This document shows, one piece after another, positions 13,004 through 22,600 of a stretch of 64,000 bases of DNA. The translations under genes were made by a program, and so were the position numbers. The stretch comes from an uncultured Dehalococcoidia bacterium (lineage in GTDB: Bacteria > Chloroflexota > Dehalococcoidia > Lucifugimonadales > CATOSD01): contig CATOSD010000001.1 in the NCBI GenBank assembly GCA_951812395.1, forward strand, positions 1,211,108 through 1,275,107, in the 5' to 3' direction. Below the pieces are notes generated by a model. That model made no database searches and was not told the origin of the DNA. It saw only the letters and a list, made by a program, of their open reading frames with translations. The first letter of the stretch is position 1. Every line of letters begins with the position of its first letter.

Positions 13004-14746
13004 CTACACGCCGTAATCGACGTCCTGGCGGGCGGGGCCGCCGGAGATGCCGACGGGAGCGCCGTCGGCGCGCCAGCACGCCGCGCCTTGGATGAGGCCG
13101 GCGGCGTGGTCGAACATCACGCCGTTCATGCCGCCCGCCACGCGGGCCACCACGCTCACGTCGTGGCCCTTTGCCGCGAGCGCCTCACCGGTGGCAGCGG
13201 ACACGCCCTCCTCGACCTCCACCTGCTGCCCCTGCGTCCAGATTCGTGGCGCCTCAACCGCTTCCTGGAGGGTCATGCCGTGGTCAATGACGTTCACGAT
13301 GGCCTGGAGCACGGACGCGAAGATGCGGGCGCCGCCGGGGGCGCCCAGGGCGAACAGCGGGCGCCCGTCCTGAAGCACGACGGTGGGCGACATGCTGGAG
13401 AGCATTCGCTTGCCCGGCGCGATCGAGTTGGCGGTGCCCGGGTGGGGGTCGAATATGTACATGTTGTTGTTCAGCAGCATTCCGGTGCCGGGCACGGTCA
13501 CTTTGGAGCCGAACGCCTCGTGAATGGTCTGCGTCATGGAGACGACGTTGCCGTCGCCGTCGGCCACTGTGAAGTGCGTGGTGTTGTTGGACTCCCCGAG
13601 CACCGCCGTAACCTCGCCCGGGGCGTAGGGGCGGGCGCGGTCCAGGTCGATTTCCGCCCTTCTGCGGTCGGCGTAACTTTTGGACGTGAGCCACTCGACG
13701 GGCACCTCTACGAAATCGGGATCGCCGAGGTACTCGAACCGGTCCGCAAATGCTATTTTGAGCACCTCTGCCAGTATGTGCGCGGACTGGCCGGCGCCAA
13801 AGCCCATCGCACCCACGTCGAACCCTTCCAGGATATTGAGAGCCTGGACTATGTGAACGCCGCCGGAACTGGTGGGACCCACCGCCACTATGTCCCGTCC
13901 GCGATAGTTGCCCCGCACCGGCTGGCGGTACTTGAGCTCGTAGCCGCGCAGGTCTTCCAGCGTGATGATGCCGCCGTTCGTGCGCATGTCCTCGGCGACG
14001 GTGCGACCGAGTTCGCCGCCGTACAGCTCGTCCGCGCCGTTCTCGGCTATGCGCCGCAGCGTGTGGGCGTAGTCCCTGCGCAGGATGGTCTGGCCCACGG
14101 CGGGAGGCTCGCCGTGGGGGAGGAACACCTCTTTCGTGGCGGGGAAACGCGCCAGATCTTCCTGGTTGTCGGCGATGATTTTCACCAGGTAGGCGCTCGC
14201 CGGAAAACCCCTGTCGGCGTAGCGAATGGCCGGCTGGATAACGGTGTCGAGGTCGAGCCTGCCGTATCTCTCCACGAGGTGGCACCAGCACTTGAGATTG
14301 CCGGGCACGCCCACCGCCAGGTATCCGAGGCGGTTCTTGCGTCCGGCGGCCTCCAGGTAGTCGGGCCAGGTGTTTGATACCGGCTCGTACATGCGATCGG
14401 TCGCCGCGGCGGGTGCGACGGCGTAGTTGTCTATGGTTATGGACTCGCCGGAGGATGCGTCGTGGTAATTCACCATGCCGGCGCCGAAGATGCCGACCAT
14501 CATCGGCTCTACCACGGTGAGGGCGAACGCGGTTGCCACGGCGGCGTCCACGGCGTTGCCGCCCATAGACAGAATCTCCGCGCCCGCGGCCGAGGCCATG
14601 GGGTGGTTGGAAGACACCATGCCGCGGGAACCGGCGGCGGCCCGTTTAAGTGGGACGAATGGACTGCCTGCACGCTCGCGCCAGCCGTTGTTCACGTGGA
14701 CACCTCGTATGTGGAGTATTGTGTGCCGATTGTACCATACGGGCAT
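13004..14746 (-). CDS. ggt: gamma-glutamyltranspeptidase
   Basis: 580-aa ORF. Motifs: GGNAVDAAVA, TTHFTVADGDGN (autoprocessing Thr), SSMSPT. The true start may be the internal ATG at 14620 (MVSSNHPMAS). No signal peptide is visible. Confidence 0.9.
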   Translation of the reverse strand: MPVWYNRHTILHIRGVHVNNGWRERAGSPFVPLKRAAAGSRGMVSSNHPMASAAGAEILSMGGNAVDAAVATAFALTVVEPMMVGIFGAGMVNYHDASSGESITIDNYAVAPAAATDRMYEPVSNTWPDYLEAAGRKNRLGYLAVGVPGNLKCWCHLVERYGRLDLDTVIQPAIRYADRGFPASAYLVKIIADNQEDLARFPATKEVFLPHGEPPAVGQTILRRDYAHTLRRIAENGADELYGGELGRTVAEDMRTNGGIITLEDLRGYELKYRQPVRGNYRGRDIVAVGPTSSGGVHIVQALNILEGFDVGAMGFGAGQSAHILAEVLKIAFADRFEYLGDPDFVEVPVEWLTSKSYADRRRAEIDLDRARPYAPGEVTAVLGESNNTTHFTVADGDGNVVSMTQTIHEAFGSKVTVPGTGMLLNNNMYIFDPHPGTANSIAPGKRMLSSMSPTVVLQDGRPLFALGAPGGARIFASVLQAIVNVIDHGMTLQEAVEAPRIWTQGQQVEVEEGVSAATGEALAAKGHDVSVVARVAGGMNGVMFDHAAGLIQGAACWRADGAPVGISGGPARQDVDYGV

Positions 14747-14763
14747 TTATCTCAAAGTTCATC

Positions 14764-14793
14764 TTGACACATTTCACGATACTGATTTATTCT
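14764..14793 (+). promoter_or_regulatory. candidate sigma70-type promoter for the His-rich ORF (TTGACA-N18-TATTCT)
   Basis: Lies in an AT-rich 100-bp intergenic stretch. The -35 is perfect and the -10 matches 4 of 6. Confidence 0.4.
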
Positions 14794-14844
14794 GAGATTT
14801 AGGGATTAAATCATCACATGCTTTTTGTTTGAAGGAGGATCTCC

Positions 14845-15051
14845 ATGCCGCACGACCAGCACGAATGTGACGCGCACGAGCACCACGGCGGACCGGGCCA
14901 CGTTCACGATCCCCACGAGTGCGACGACCATGAGCACCACGGGCACGACCACGACCAGCACGAGTGTGACGAGCACGAGCACCACGGCGAGCCCGGGCAC
15001 GTCCACGACCCCCACGAGTGCGACGACCACGAGCACCACGGGCACTCCTAA
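14845..15051 (+). CDS. His/Cys/Asp-rich small metal-binding protein (internally duplicated)
   Basis: 68 aa with 24 His and 4 Cys, all Cys in HECD motifs. A 31-aa unit is repeated twice, at 14854-14946 and 14953-15045. Strong RBS gaAGGAGGatctccATG. It sits upstream of a CDF transporter. Confidence 0.75.
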   Translation: MPHDQHECDAHEHHGGPGHVHDPHECDDHEHHGHDHDQHECDEHEHHGEPGHVHDPHECDDHEHHGHS

Positions 15052-15070
15052 CTCTACCTAGCGTCGGCGG

Positions 15071-15100
15071 GTTGAGAGCGTGCTTCGGCACCTTCTCAAC
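15071..15100 (+). other. stable hairpin with UUCG tetraloop downstream of the His-rich ORF
   Basis: gttgaga-gc-gtgc-ttcg-gcac-ct-tctcaac. No trailing U-tract, so it is not a canonical intrinsic terminator. Confidence 0.5.
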
Positions 15101-15122
15101 TCGCTTCACAATTCCTCCGCAA

Positions 15123-15171
15123 CCCTTGGGATTTGCACGTCTTGCACCCTATTGCGTGGAAATCCAAAGGG
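15123..15171 (+). promoter_or_regulatory. 12-bp imperfect inverted repeat enclosing TTGCAC direct repeats, upstream of the CDF gene
   Basis: Arms are cccttgggattt and aaatccaaaggg, with one mismatch. The loop holds TTGCAC-N3-TTGCAC-N4-TTGCGT. Candidate operator or RNA structure. Confidence 0.35.
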
Positions 15172-15389
15172 TGTGCACGTGTCCGGGCAGTCGTCGGCAA
15201 GGGCTTCGCCAGTAGGCCCATTCCGCCACCTTCCCTAGTGATACCTCCATCGAGGGGCAGAAAGTGAGACTGGACAGGATGCTAAATGTCAGGCGCTCCC
15301 TCCAGGAATTGCTATCGTCCCTGAGGCCCACTCCGGCCCTACGCATGAGCGCGGCAGGCCCCGTTCGAATTGGTTCCAACCACCTCTAC

Positions 15390-16571
15390 ATGGCATCCTC
15401 CGGTAGGCAGGAAGGACACGGTCACAACGGCCACAGCGACCATGACGACCATGGTCATAATGGGCATAGCGGCCAGGATCGCAACGGCCATACCGGCCAC
15501 GACCATAACGGACATGCCGCTCACGACGACCACGGTGACCATGAGGGCCACGACCACGACGGAGATGATGACCACGAGGGCCACGACCACGGCGGGCACG
15601 ACCACAGCGGGCACGATCACCAAGACGAGCTGAGATTCGCCAGCCGGAGAAGCCTGGTCATCGGCCTTGTGCTTATCTCGACCTATATGTTCGTCGAGAT
15701 TGTCGGCGGCGTGCTGTCCGGCAGCCTGGCGTTGCTGGCGGACGCCGGTCACATGGCGACCGACGGGGCGGCCATCGCGCTCGCTCTGCTGGCCATGTGG
15801 CTTGCCGACAAAGGCCCCACGGCAGAGCGCACGTTCGGCTTCTACCGCACCGAGATTCTGGCCGCGCTTTTCAACGCCGTCAGCCTGTGGGTCGTCGCCG
15901 GCTACATCCTCTTCGAGGCCTACCACCGCTTTGTAGACGTGCCGCACATCGAGGGCGTGCTGATGATGGTGGTCGGCGTCGGCGGCCTTGTAATCAACAT
16001 CATCACTGCCTGGGTGCTGCACGGCGCATCCCAGCACAGCCTGAACGTGGAAGGCGCGTTCCAGCACGTCCTCGGCGACCTGCTCGGCTCGGTCGCGGTG
16101 GTCGTCTCCGGCATATTCATTCTCACGCTGGAATGGTACATAGTCGATCCCATTCTAAGCGTGTTGATAGCGCTGTTCATCGTCTACAACACGCGCCACC
16201 TGGTTCGCAAGATTGCGGTAGTGCTGGTGGAAGGCACGCCCCCGCACATCGACCTATACGAGCTGTTCGACAGCCTGGAGGACGTGGAGGGCGTCACCAT
16301 CGTACACGACCTGCACGTGTGGACGATTTCGTCGGGCTACGACGCGCTGAGCACGCATGTGCTGGTGGACCGTAACTACCACGGCGGCTTCGACGCACTG
16401 CTGGACGCGCTGCGAGAGGTGATCAAGGGCGAGTACGGCATTACTCACGTTACCGTGCAGATGGAGTACTCGACCACGGAGTGCGACGAGGCCCACCCGC
16501 CGTGGAGCCTGCTCACCGAGAAGCGGCTGGCCCGCGCCGAGAGGCTGCTGGGGCCGGATGCCGCGGGCTGA
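15390..16571 (+). CDS. cation diffusion facilitator (CzcD/ZitB-type) transporter with long His-rich N-terminal tail
   Basis: The conserved TM core begins at LVIGLVLISTYMFVEIVGGVLSGSLALLADAGHM. About 80 N-terminal residues are GH/DH repeats. ATG 15390 was chosen as start; the ORF is open from 15264. Confidence 0.9.
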   Translation: MASSGRQEGHGHNGHSDHDDHGHNGHSGQDRNGHTGHDHNGHAAHDDHGDHEGHDHDGDDDHEGHDHGGHDHSGHDHQDELRFASRRSLVIGLVLISTYMFVEIVGGVLSGSLALLADAGHMATDGAAIALALLAMWLADKGPTAERTFGFYRTEILAALFNAVSLWVVAGYILFEAYHRFVDVPHIEGVLMMVVGVGGLVINIITAWVLHGASQHSLNVEGAFQHVLGDLLGSVAVVVSGIFILTLEWYIVDPILSVLIALFIVYNTRHLVRKIAVVLVEGTPPHIDLYELFDSLEDVEGVTIVHDLHVWTISSGYDALSTHVLVDRNYHGGFDALLDALREVIKGEYGITHVTVQMEYSTTECDEAHPPWSLLTEKRLARAERLLGPDAAG

Positions 16572-16576
16572 TTGGG

Positions 16577-17608
16577 TCAGCCCGGCTGCGCCTCCGACTC
16601 GCCGTAGTAGCGAGCCAGTTCGTCTCTGTCAAATTCCGGCAGCGGCGCCGTCCCCGACGGCGTTCGCATCGTCAGCACCTCCACCGACGGCGTAACCCGG
16701 CCGATCTCCCATGCGGGGATGTCCTCGACGTCCAGCGCCTCGATGAGCGGCGCGGCGTCTTCGGCCGCGACGGTCGCCAGCAGCGCGCCGGACGCAATCA
16801 GCCCCAGCGGGTCCAGCCCCAGAGCGTCGCAGAAGGCGCGGCAGGCAGGCAGAACGGGAACCGCCGCCAGGTCCAGCTCCAGCCCCACGTCCGCGGCCGC
16901 GGCAAGCTCGCGCAGCGCCGTGGCCAGCCCTCCCTCGGTCGGGTCGTGCATCGCGTGGACCGGAGCCGCCCTTCGGGCGACCTCCGCGTCCTTTCGGACG
17001 CTGATGCCCGGTGAGAAGAGCAGCCCCTTCGCATCCTCGACCATCTCCGGCGACACGCCCGCCGCGACCAACTCGGCCCTGGCCTCGCGCGCCAGTATGG
17101 ACGTGCCCTCGATAGCGATGCCCTTGGTGAGCACCACGCTGTCGCCCGGACGAGCGCCCGACGTGAGCACCACCTCGTCTTTGGCGACCTCACCGAGCAG
17201 CGCTCCAACCGCGATGGGCCGGGGCAGGTCGTAAGTCACCTCGGTGTGTCCGCCGACGAGAGCTATGCCGTGCAAACGGCAGGCGTCTAGCAGTTCGTCG
17301 AATATGTGCCGAACCGCGTCCTCGGACACGCCATCCGGCAGCAGCAGCGTCGCCATCAGCCAGCGCGGGGTGGCGCCCATCACGGCGAGGTCGTTCGTGT
17401 TGACCTGCACCAGGTACCAGCCGATGAGGTCTGTAGCGAAGGTTATCGGGTCGGACTTGGCCACCAGGTAGCGGTCGCCGATGTCGACAAGCGCGGCGTC
17501 CTCTCCGGGGCGCGCGCCCAGCACCACGTTCGGGTCGACGAGGTCGATCCTGCCGAGCAGTTCCTCCAAGAAGTCCAGGGGTAGCTTACCCGCGAGCATT
17601 TCGCGCAC
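16577..17608 (-). CDS. AIR synthase-related (PurM/HypE-like) protein
   Basis: 343 aa. GEDAALVDIGDRYLVAKSDPITF and VNTNDLAVMGATP match the HypE/ThiL/PurM fold. There is no C-terminal Cys motif as in HypE, and no N-terminal Cys/Sec loop as in SelD. Confidence 0.75.
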   Translation of the reverse strand: MREMLAGKLPLDFLEELLGRIDLVDPNVVLGARPGEDAALVDIGDRYLVAKSDPITFATDLIGWYLVQVNTNDLAVMGATPRWLMATLLLPDGVSEDAVRHIFDELLDACRLHGIALVGGHTEVTYDLPRPIAVGALLGEVAKDEVVLTSGARPGDSVVLTKGIAIEGTSILAREARAELVAAGVSPEMVEDAKGLLFSPGISVRKDAEVARRAAPVHAMHDPTEGGLATALRELAAAADVGLELDLAAVPVLPACRAFCDALGLDPLGLIASGALLATVAAEDAAPLIEALDVEDIPAWEIGRVTPSVEVLTMRTPSGTAPLPEFDRDELARYYGESEAQPG

Positions 17609-17636
17609 CTCACGTGTGTTCCGGGAACGCCGCCGA

Positions 17637-17645
17637 TGCTATCAT
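17637..17645 (+). promoter_or_regulatory. extended -10 (TGcTATCAT) 6 nt upstream of the HAD ATG; leaderless-type arrangement
   Basis: TATCAT at 17640-17645 and ATG at 17652. Confidence 0.45.
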
Positions 17646-17651
17646 AGCGCG

Positions 17652-18377
17652 ATGATGATTGGCGCGGTTTTCTTCGATCTGTACGGTACCCTCGTGGGGT
17701 TCAGTCCCTCTCGATTCGAAATCCAGTCCACGGCCTGCGCGGACTTTGACATCAGCGTGACGCCGGAGGGTATTCTAAGGGGCTACAGGCTGGCCGACGC
17801 CTTCATGGCGGAGCAGAACCGGGTCAGGCCGCTGCGGTCGCTGAGCGACGCCGAACGCGAGGCTTTCTTCGCCAAATACGAGCAGCGAGTGCTGAAGGGC
17901 GCGGGCGCCGAGGTGACGGTGGAGCGGGCGGGCGAGGTCTGGCGGCGCGTCCGGCAGGTGCCCTACGGCATGGCGCTGTTCGACGACGTGGCCCCGACTC
18001 TGGAGACGCTCAGGTCGCGCGGGCTGATGCTGGGCGTGGTGAGCAACATGAACCGGGCCAGTGCTGAGATACTGGCGGATTTCGGACTGGTGGGGCTGGT
18101 GGACTTCGCGGTCACGTCCATCGAGGTCCAGTCGGAGAAGCCGCACGCCCCCATCTTCCTCGAGGCTCTGCGCAGGGCCAACGCGAGGCCGGGAGAGACC
18201 GTGCACGTCGGCGACCAGCTCGAGTCCGACGTGGAGGGCGCGCGCAGCGTGGGCATCACGCCGGTGCTGCTCGACCGCGACGGCAACCATCCCGGGGTGA
18301 CGCACTGCCACCGCATCGAAACGCTGCCCGAACTCCCTGCACTGCTGGAGTCACTTGCCAGCGAAGGCAAGTCTTGA
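17652..18377 (+). CDS. HAD-superfamily hydrolase
   Basis: Start MMIGAVFFDLYGTLV carries the DxYGT motif I. Also SNMN and VHVGDQLESDVEGA (motif IV). Confidence 0.85.
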   Translation: MMIGAVFFDLYGTLVGFSPSRFEIQSTACADFDISVTPEGILRGYRLADAFMAEQNRVRPLRSLSDAEREAFFAKYEQRVLKGAGAEVTVERAGEVWRRVRQVPYGMALFDDVAPTLETLRSRGLMLGVVSNMNRASAEILADFGLVGLVDFAVTSIEVQSEKPHAPIFLEALRRANARPGETVHVGDQLESDVEGARSVGITPVLLDRDGNHPGVTHCHRIETLPELPALLESLASEGKS

Positions 18378-18389
18378 ATTTACTCCTCA

Positions 18390-19571
18390 TTATACGTCGA
18401 CTTCCCTCAGAGCATTCGCCACTTCCTTACCCTTGTTCTGGAGAAACTCCTCCATCTTCTCATCTATCTTCTGGCGGATCTCTTCTTCATCGAGCTCATC
18501 GTAATCCTTCTTGGATAGCCAAGGAATTGAGAAGAAAGTGTGCCACTTCGACGACAACTTGGGCTTTGGCCGGCCGAATACTCTAGGCACGCTCCTTGCC
18601 TTAATGTACACCTTCTGCCGCAACTCCTGATTGCCTGGCCCTAAAATCACCTTGAGCCTGAGCCCGAAGTTTTCTCGATTTTCCAACTCACAAAGTACTA
18701 TCCGTTTGCTACTAGTCCATCCCGAACCCTCGTGAGGGAGGGAGTCCATGCAATGGGGTAAGAAGCGTATACAAGTCTTGCTGCTGTCGTCCGCAATCAG
18801 GTCGTCCCTTGAAGCGATGTAACCTTCTGTAATCTGGCGCACCTCGGCCGCGCGGTCCGGCCTGTTTTCGAAGATAAGGTCCAAGGCCTTACGGTGGTTC
18901 TTGTAGAGCCTGCGACAAAGCTCTTGGATTTCCGACTCTTCCAAAATGTACCTCCGCACCATGTCAATGTACTGCTGCACGAACAACCTAACATCGTCAT
19001 TGAGTTGGCTTTTGCGTCTTTCAAGGGCGTGTTCGACTATGCAGACCAGGTCTCTGTGACTCAGGCGGACATAGTTTTCGTCCGATGGGGGCTCACCAGA
19101 GACGGTCAGGAAGACAAACGCCTTCTTGTACTGACCAAAGGTTCCTTCGACGAATTCTCGGTATCGCTGAAGCTGATTGGCATGTTCGCCAGCGTCCACT
19201 TTGTTTTCAATGGCGCAAACGAAGAGATTGTCTTCATCTACGATTAACAGGTCGATGTTGCGCCATTCGCTGCGGACCTCCGCTCGGCCAAGGTTCCAGC
19301 CATCCAGATCGAACAGCGAAGGGAAGTCGTCGTGGTGGACCTCACCATCTTTGATTACCTTCAGGAGCAACTGGCGCAGCCAGTAATCGCCGAGGCCATG
19401 AGTCTCAGATGGGTCCAACAACCAACGGATGAAGGCGGAATGGCGAAGCTCCTGGCGAACGATATCTAGAGACGCAAACAGGTTGAATCGGTCAAGAGTT
19501 GCTTCTAGCTGTTCCAGGTCTGGGTTGTCATCAACAAAAGCCTTCAGCTCTTCAATATCGTTTCCGCTCAA
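18390..19571 (-). CDS. PD-(D/E)XK nuclease family protein (PDDEXK_4-like)
   Basis: 393 aa. N-terminal FNLFASLDIVRQELRHSAFIRWLLDPSETHGLGDYWL. Catalytic-type IDLLIVDEDNLFVCAIENKVDAGE (D...ExK). The DNA is visibly lower in GC than its flanks. Confidence 0.8.
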   Translation of the reverse strand: MSGNDIEELKAFVDDNPDLEQLEATLDRFNLFASLDIVRQELRHSAFIRWLLDPSETHGLGDYWLRQLLLKVIKDGEVHHDDFPSLFDLDGWNLGRAEVRSEWRNIDLLIVDEDNLFVCAIENKVDAGEHANQLQRYREFVEGTFGQYKKAFVFLTVSGEPPSDENYVRLSHRDLVCIVEHALERRKSQLNDDVRLFVQQYIDMVRRYILEESEIQELCRRLYKNHRKALDLIFENRPDRAAEVRQITEGYIASRDDLIADDSSKTCIRFLPHCMDSLPHEGSGWTSSKRIVLCELENRENFGLRLKVILGPGNQELRQKVYIKARSVPRVFGRPKPKLSSKWHTFFSIPWLSKKDYDELDEEEIRQKIDEKMEEFLQNKGKEVANALREVDV

Positions 19572-19621
19572 AACACCCCTCAGTCTTTTCGCCTATCCGC
19601 AGTGAAACAGTGGACAGCATT

Positions 19622-22600
19622 CTAGTGCACGGAGGCCAGCTCAGATACCACCCGCGCGCGGAACTTGGCGAGCCGGCCTAGGGCCTCGGCGAGAGCAGAC
19701 TCCCAGCCGGACGCGGCGCCGTCCACCCTCATGCGTAGCTGGGTGTCGCCCACCTCGACCGCGCGACCCACGGCGCGTTGGAGCGCGGGCCTCGCGCCAC
19801 CCACGCTGTCTTTCAGTTGGATGACGATCCGGTCGTCCTGGCGCGTGATGGCTACGACGCTGGCGTCGCGGGCGCTGAGCCTGAGCCGGGTCGCGTAGAG
19901 CAGGTTCTGGGCCTGCCAGGGGACCGGGCCGAACCGGTCTCTCAGTTCGTCCTCGACCTCGTCCACGTCCTCGAGCTTGGACAGGGCGGCCAGCCTGTGG
20001 TACAGGTCGATGCGCGCGGGCAGGTGCTCCACGTACTCCTCCGGCAGACTCACTGGTATGCCCAGGTCCAGCTTCGGGCCCTGCGCCGGCGGTTGGGCGG
20101 TGGCGAAAGGCCCGGACTCGCGTCCGATCTGCTCCGCTTCCGCGTCGCCGCTGCCGTTCCGTCCCGCGCCGCCCCCGGCGCGAAGCTCCTCGACGGCGTT
20201 GGATAGCAGCTGCGTGTACAGGTTGAAGCCGACGGCGTGGATGTGTCCGCTCTGCTCGGCGCCCAGGATGTTTCCAGCGCCCCTGATTTCGAGGTCCTTC
20301 ATGGCGATGCGGAACCCCGCGCTAAGCTCGGACGCCGCCAGCATAGCCCGCAGCCGCTTGTCCGCCGCCTCCGTGAGGCTGCGCGCTTTCGGCACGAGCA
20401 GGTAGGAGTACGCGCGGCGTGAGCCTCGGCCCACCCGGCCGCGAAGCTGGTAGAGCTGGGCCAGTCCGAACGCGTCGGCGCGATTGATTATCAGCGTGTT
20501 GACGTTCTGGATGTCGAGGCCCGACTCGATGATCGTCGTGCACACCAGCACGTCCGTCTTGCCCTCAGCGAAGTCCAGCATTGTGTTCTCTAGCTGGCCC
20601 TCGGCCATCTGCCCGTGGGCGACCCCGACCTCGGCCTCGGGCACGAGCCGCCGGATGTAGCCGGCCATGTAGTCGATGTTGTAAACACGGTTGTGCAGGA
20701 AGTAGACCTGTCCCTGCCGGTCTAATTCGCGGAGTATCGCCTCGCGCACCAGGTCCTCGCTGAACTCAGAAACGTAGGTCTTGATGGGCAGGCGCTCCTC
20801 GGGCGGCGTCTCGATGGTGCTCATGTCGCGCACGCCGGCCAGGGACATGTGGAGCGTCCGCGGTATGGGCGTGGCCGTCATGGTGAGCACGTCCACCTGC
20901 TCGCGCATCTGCTTCAGCCGCTCCTTGTGGGCCACGCCAAAGCGCTGCTCCTCGTCCACGACCACCAGCCCCAGGTTCTTGAAGCTCACGTCCTTCTGCA
21001 GCAGGCGGTGCGTACCAACGCAGATGTCCACCTCGCCCTCGACCAGCCGGCGCACGATGTCGCGCTGCTCGCGGTCGGTGCGGAACCGGCTGAGCGCCTC
21101 GATCCTTACCGGGTAGGCGCCCAGGCGCTGGGTGAACGTCATGTAGTGCTGTTGGGCCAGCACGGTCGTCGGCACCAGGATGGCGACCTGCATACCCTCC
21201 ATCACCGCCTTGAACGCTGCACGCAGCGCGATCTCCGTCTTGCCGTAGCCGACGTCGCCGCATATGAGCCTGTCCATGGGCTTGGCCGACTCCATGTCGG
21301 ACTTGACCTCGGAGATAGTGGATAGCTGGTCGGGCGTCTCCTCGAATGGGAATGACTCCTCCAGTTCGGCCTGCCAATGGGAGTCCGGGGCGAAGGCGTA
21401 GCCCTCCGACAGCTCCCGCGACGCGTACAGCGACAGCAGCTCGGAGGCCATCTCCCGTGTGGAGCGCTCAGCCCGCGCCTTGGCGCGCCGCCACTCCTGC
21501 GTGCCGAGGCGCGTGAGCGATGGCGGGCGGTCGAGCGGGGCCACATACGGGCCCACGCGGTCGAGATGCTCCATGGGCACGTACAGCTTGTCGCCCTGGG
21601 CGTACTGGAGCGTGAGGAATTCGCCTTCCTGGCCGCGCGGCCCCTTGCCGGCGCCGACGAATCTGCCGATGCCGTGCTCCACGTGTACCACGTAGTCGCC
21701 CGGGGACAGCTCGGACAGGAAGGCCGCCCGCCGCATCGTGTTGCGCCTGGCGGAGCTTCGGCGCTTGGCGACGCCGAAAACCTCGGTGTCGCTGAACACC
21801 ACTAGCTCGCCCGTCGGGGTGGAAAGGGTGAAGCCCTCCTGAAGCCCCGCGCCTTCCGCCTGGAGCACGCTTACCTTGCCGGGCGGCGTGTCGACGTCGA
21901 GGTTCGCGCCGACCTCCGCGTCCACTCCGTACCCGTCGAGTATCTCGCCCAGCCGCCTCGAGTGGGACGTGACGGCGACCACGCGCCGGTCGTTGGCGGC
22001 GAAGTCGTCCACGTCCTCGACAAAAGACTCGAGCTTGCCGTAGTAGGATGGCGCCTCTCCGAACGGCAGAACGTGCGAGGCTGCCTCGTCGCGCTCGCCT
22101 GCGGCGGACGGCTCCACGTCGAGCCGCCTATCGAATCGGTCCATCCGCTCCTCTACCTCGCGCCACGCAAAGTGGGACGACGGGAACAGCCGCGGTAGTT
22201 CGCCCCGCCCTTCCTTCGCCTCGCGCAGGTGCTCGGTGCGCTCCTCCACGTCCCACGCGGCGCCGGCGACGCGGGCGGGGCGCACCAGCACCAGCACGCT
22301 GTCGTCGGGCAGGTAGTCGAACAGAGAGCCGTGATTGAAGAAGCCTGCGTAGAATTCAAGCTCCTCCACGTCGTAGCCGTCCAGAAGCGCGTTGAATTCG
22401 TCCTGGAGCCGCTCGGCGGACGCCGAGGCGCAGTTGGAGACGTCGACGCGGCCCAGACGCGCGTCGAGCAGCTCGCGGGGTGTAAGGGAGGGCAGGGTCT
22501 CGCGCGCCGGTATGATGCCGACTCTCTCGACAGCGCGGGTGGAGCGCTGGGTGGCCGGATCGAACTCGCGGATAGTGTCGATCTCGTTGCCCCACAGCTC

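Noticed and set aside
14806-15045. Minus-strand 79-aa Val/Leu-rich ORF opposite the His-rich ORF
   Set aside because: It is a mirror artefact of the repetitive CAC/GAC codons. It has no RBS, whereas the plus-strand ORF has a strong AGGAGG at ideal spacing.
16577-17608. SelD (selenophosphate synthetase), given that selA is in the window
   Set aside because: It lacks the N-terminal Gly-rich loop with Cys/Sec-Gly-Cys-Lys. The motifs fit HypE/PurM-like proteins better.
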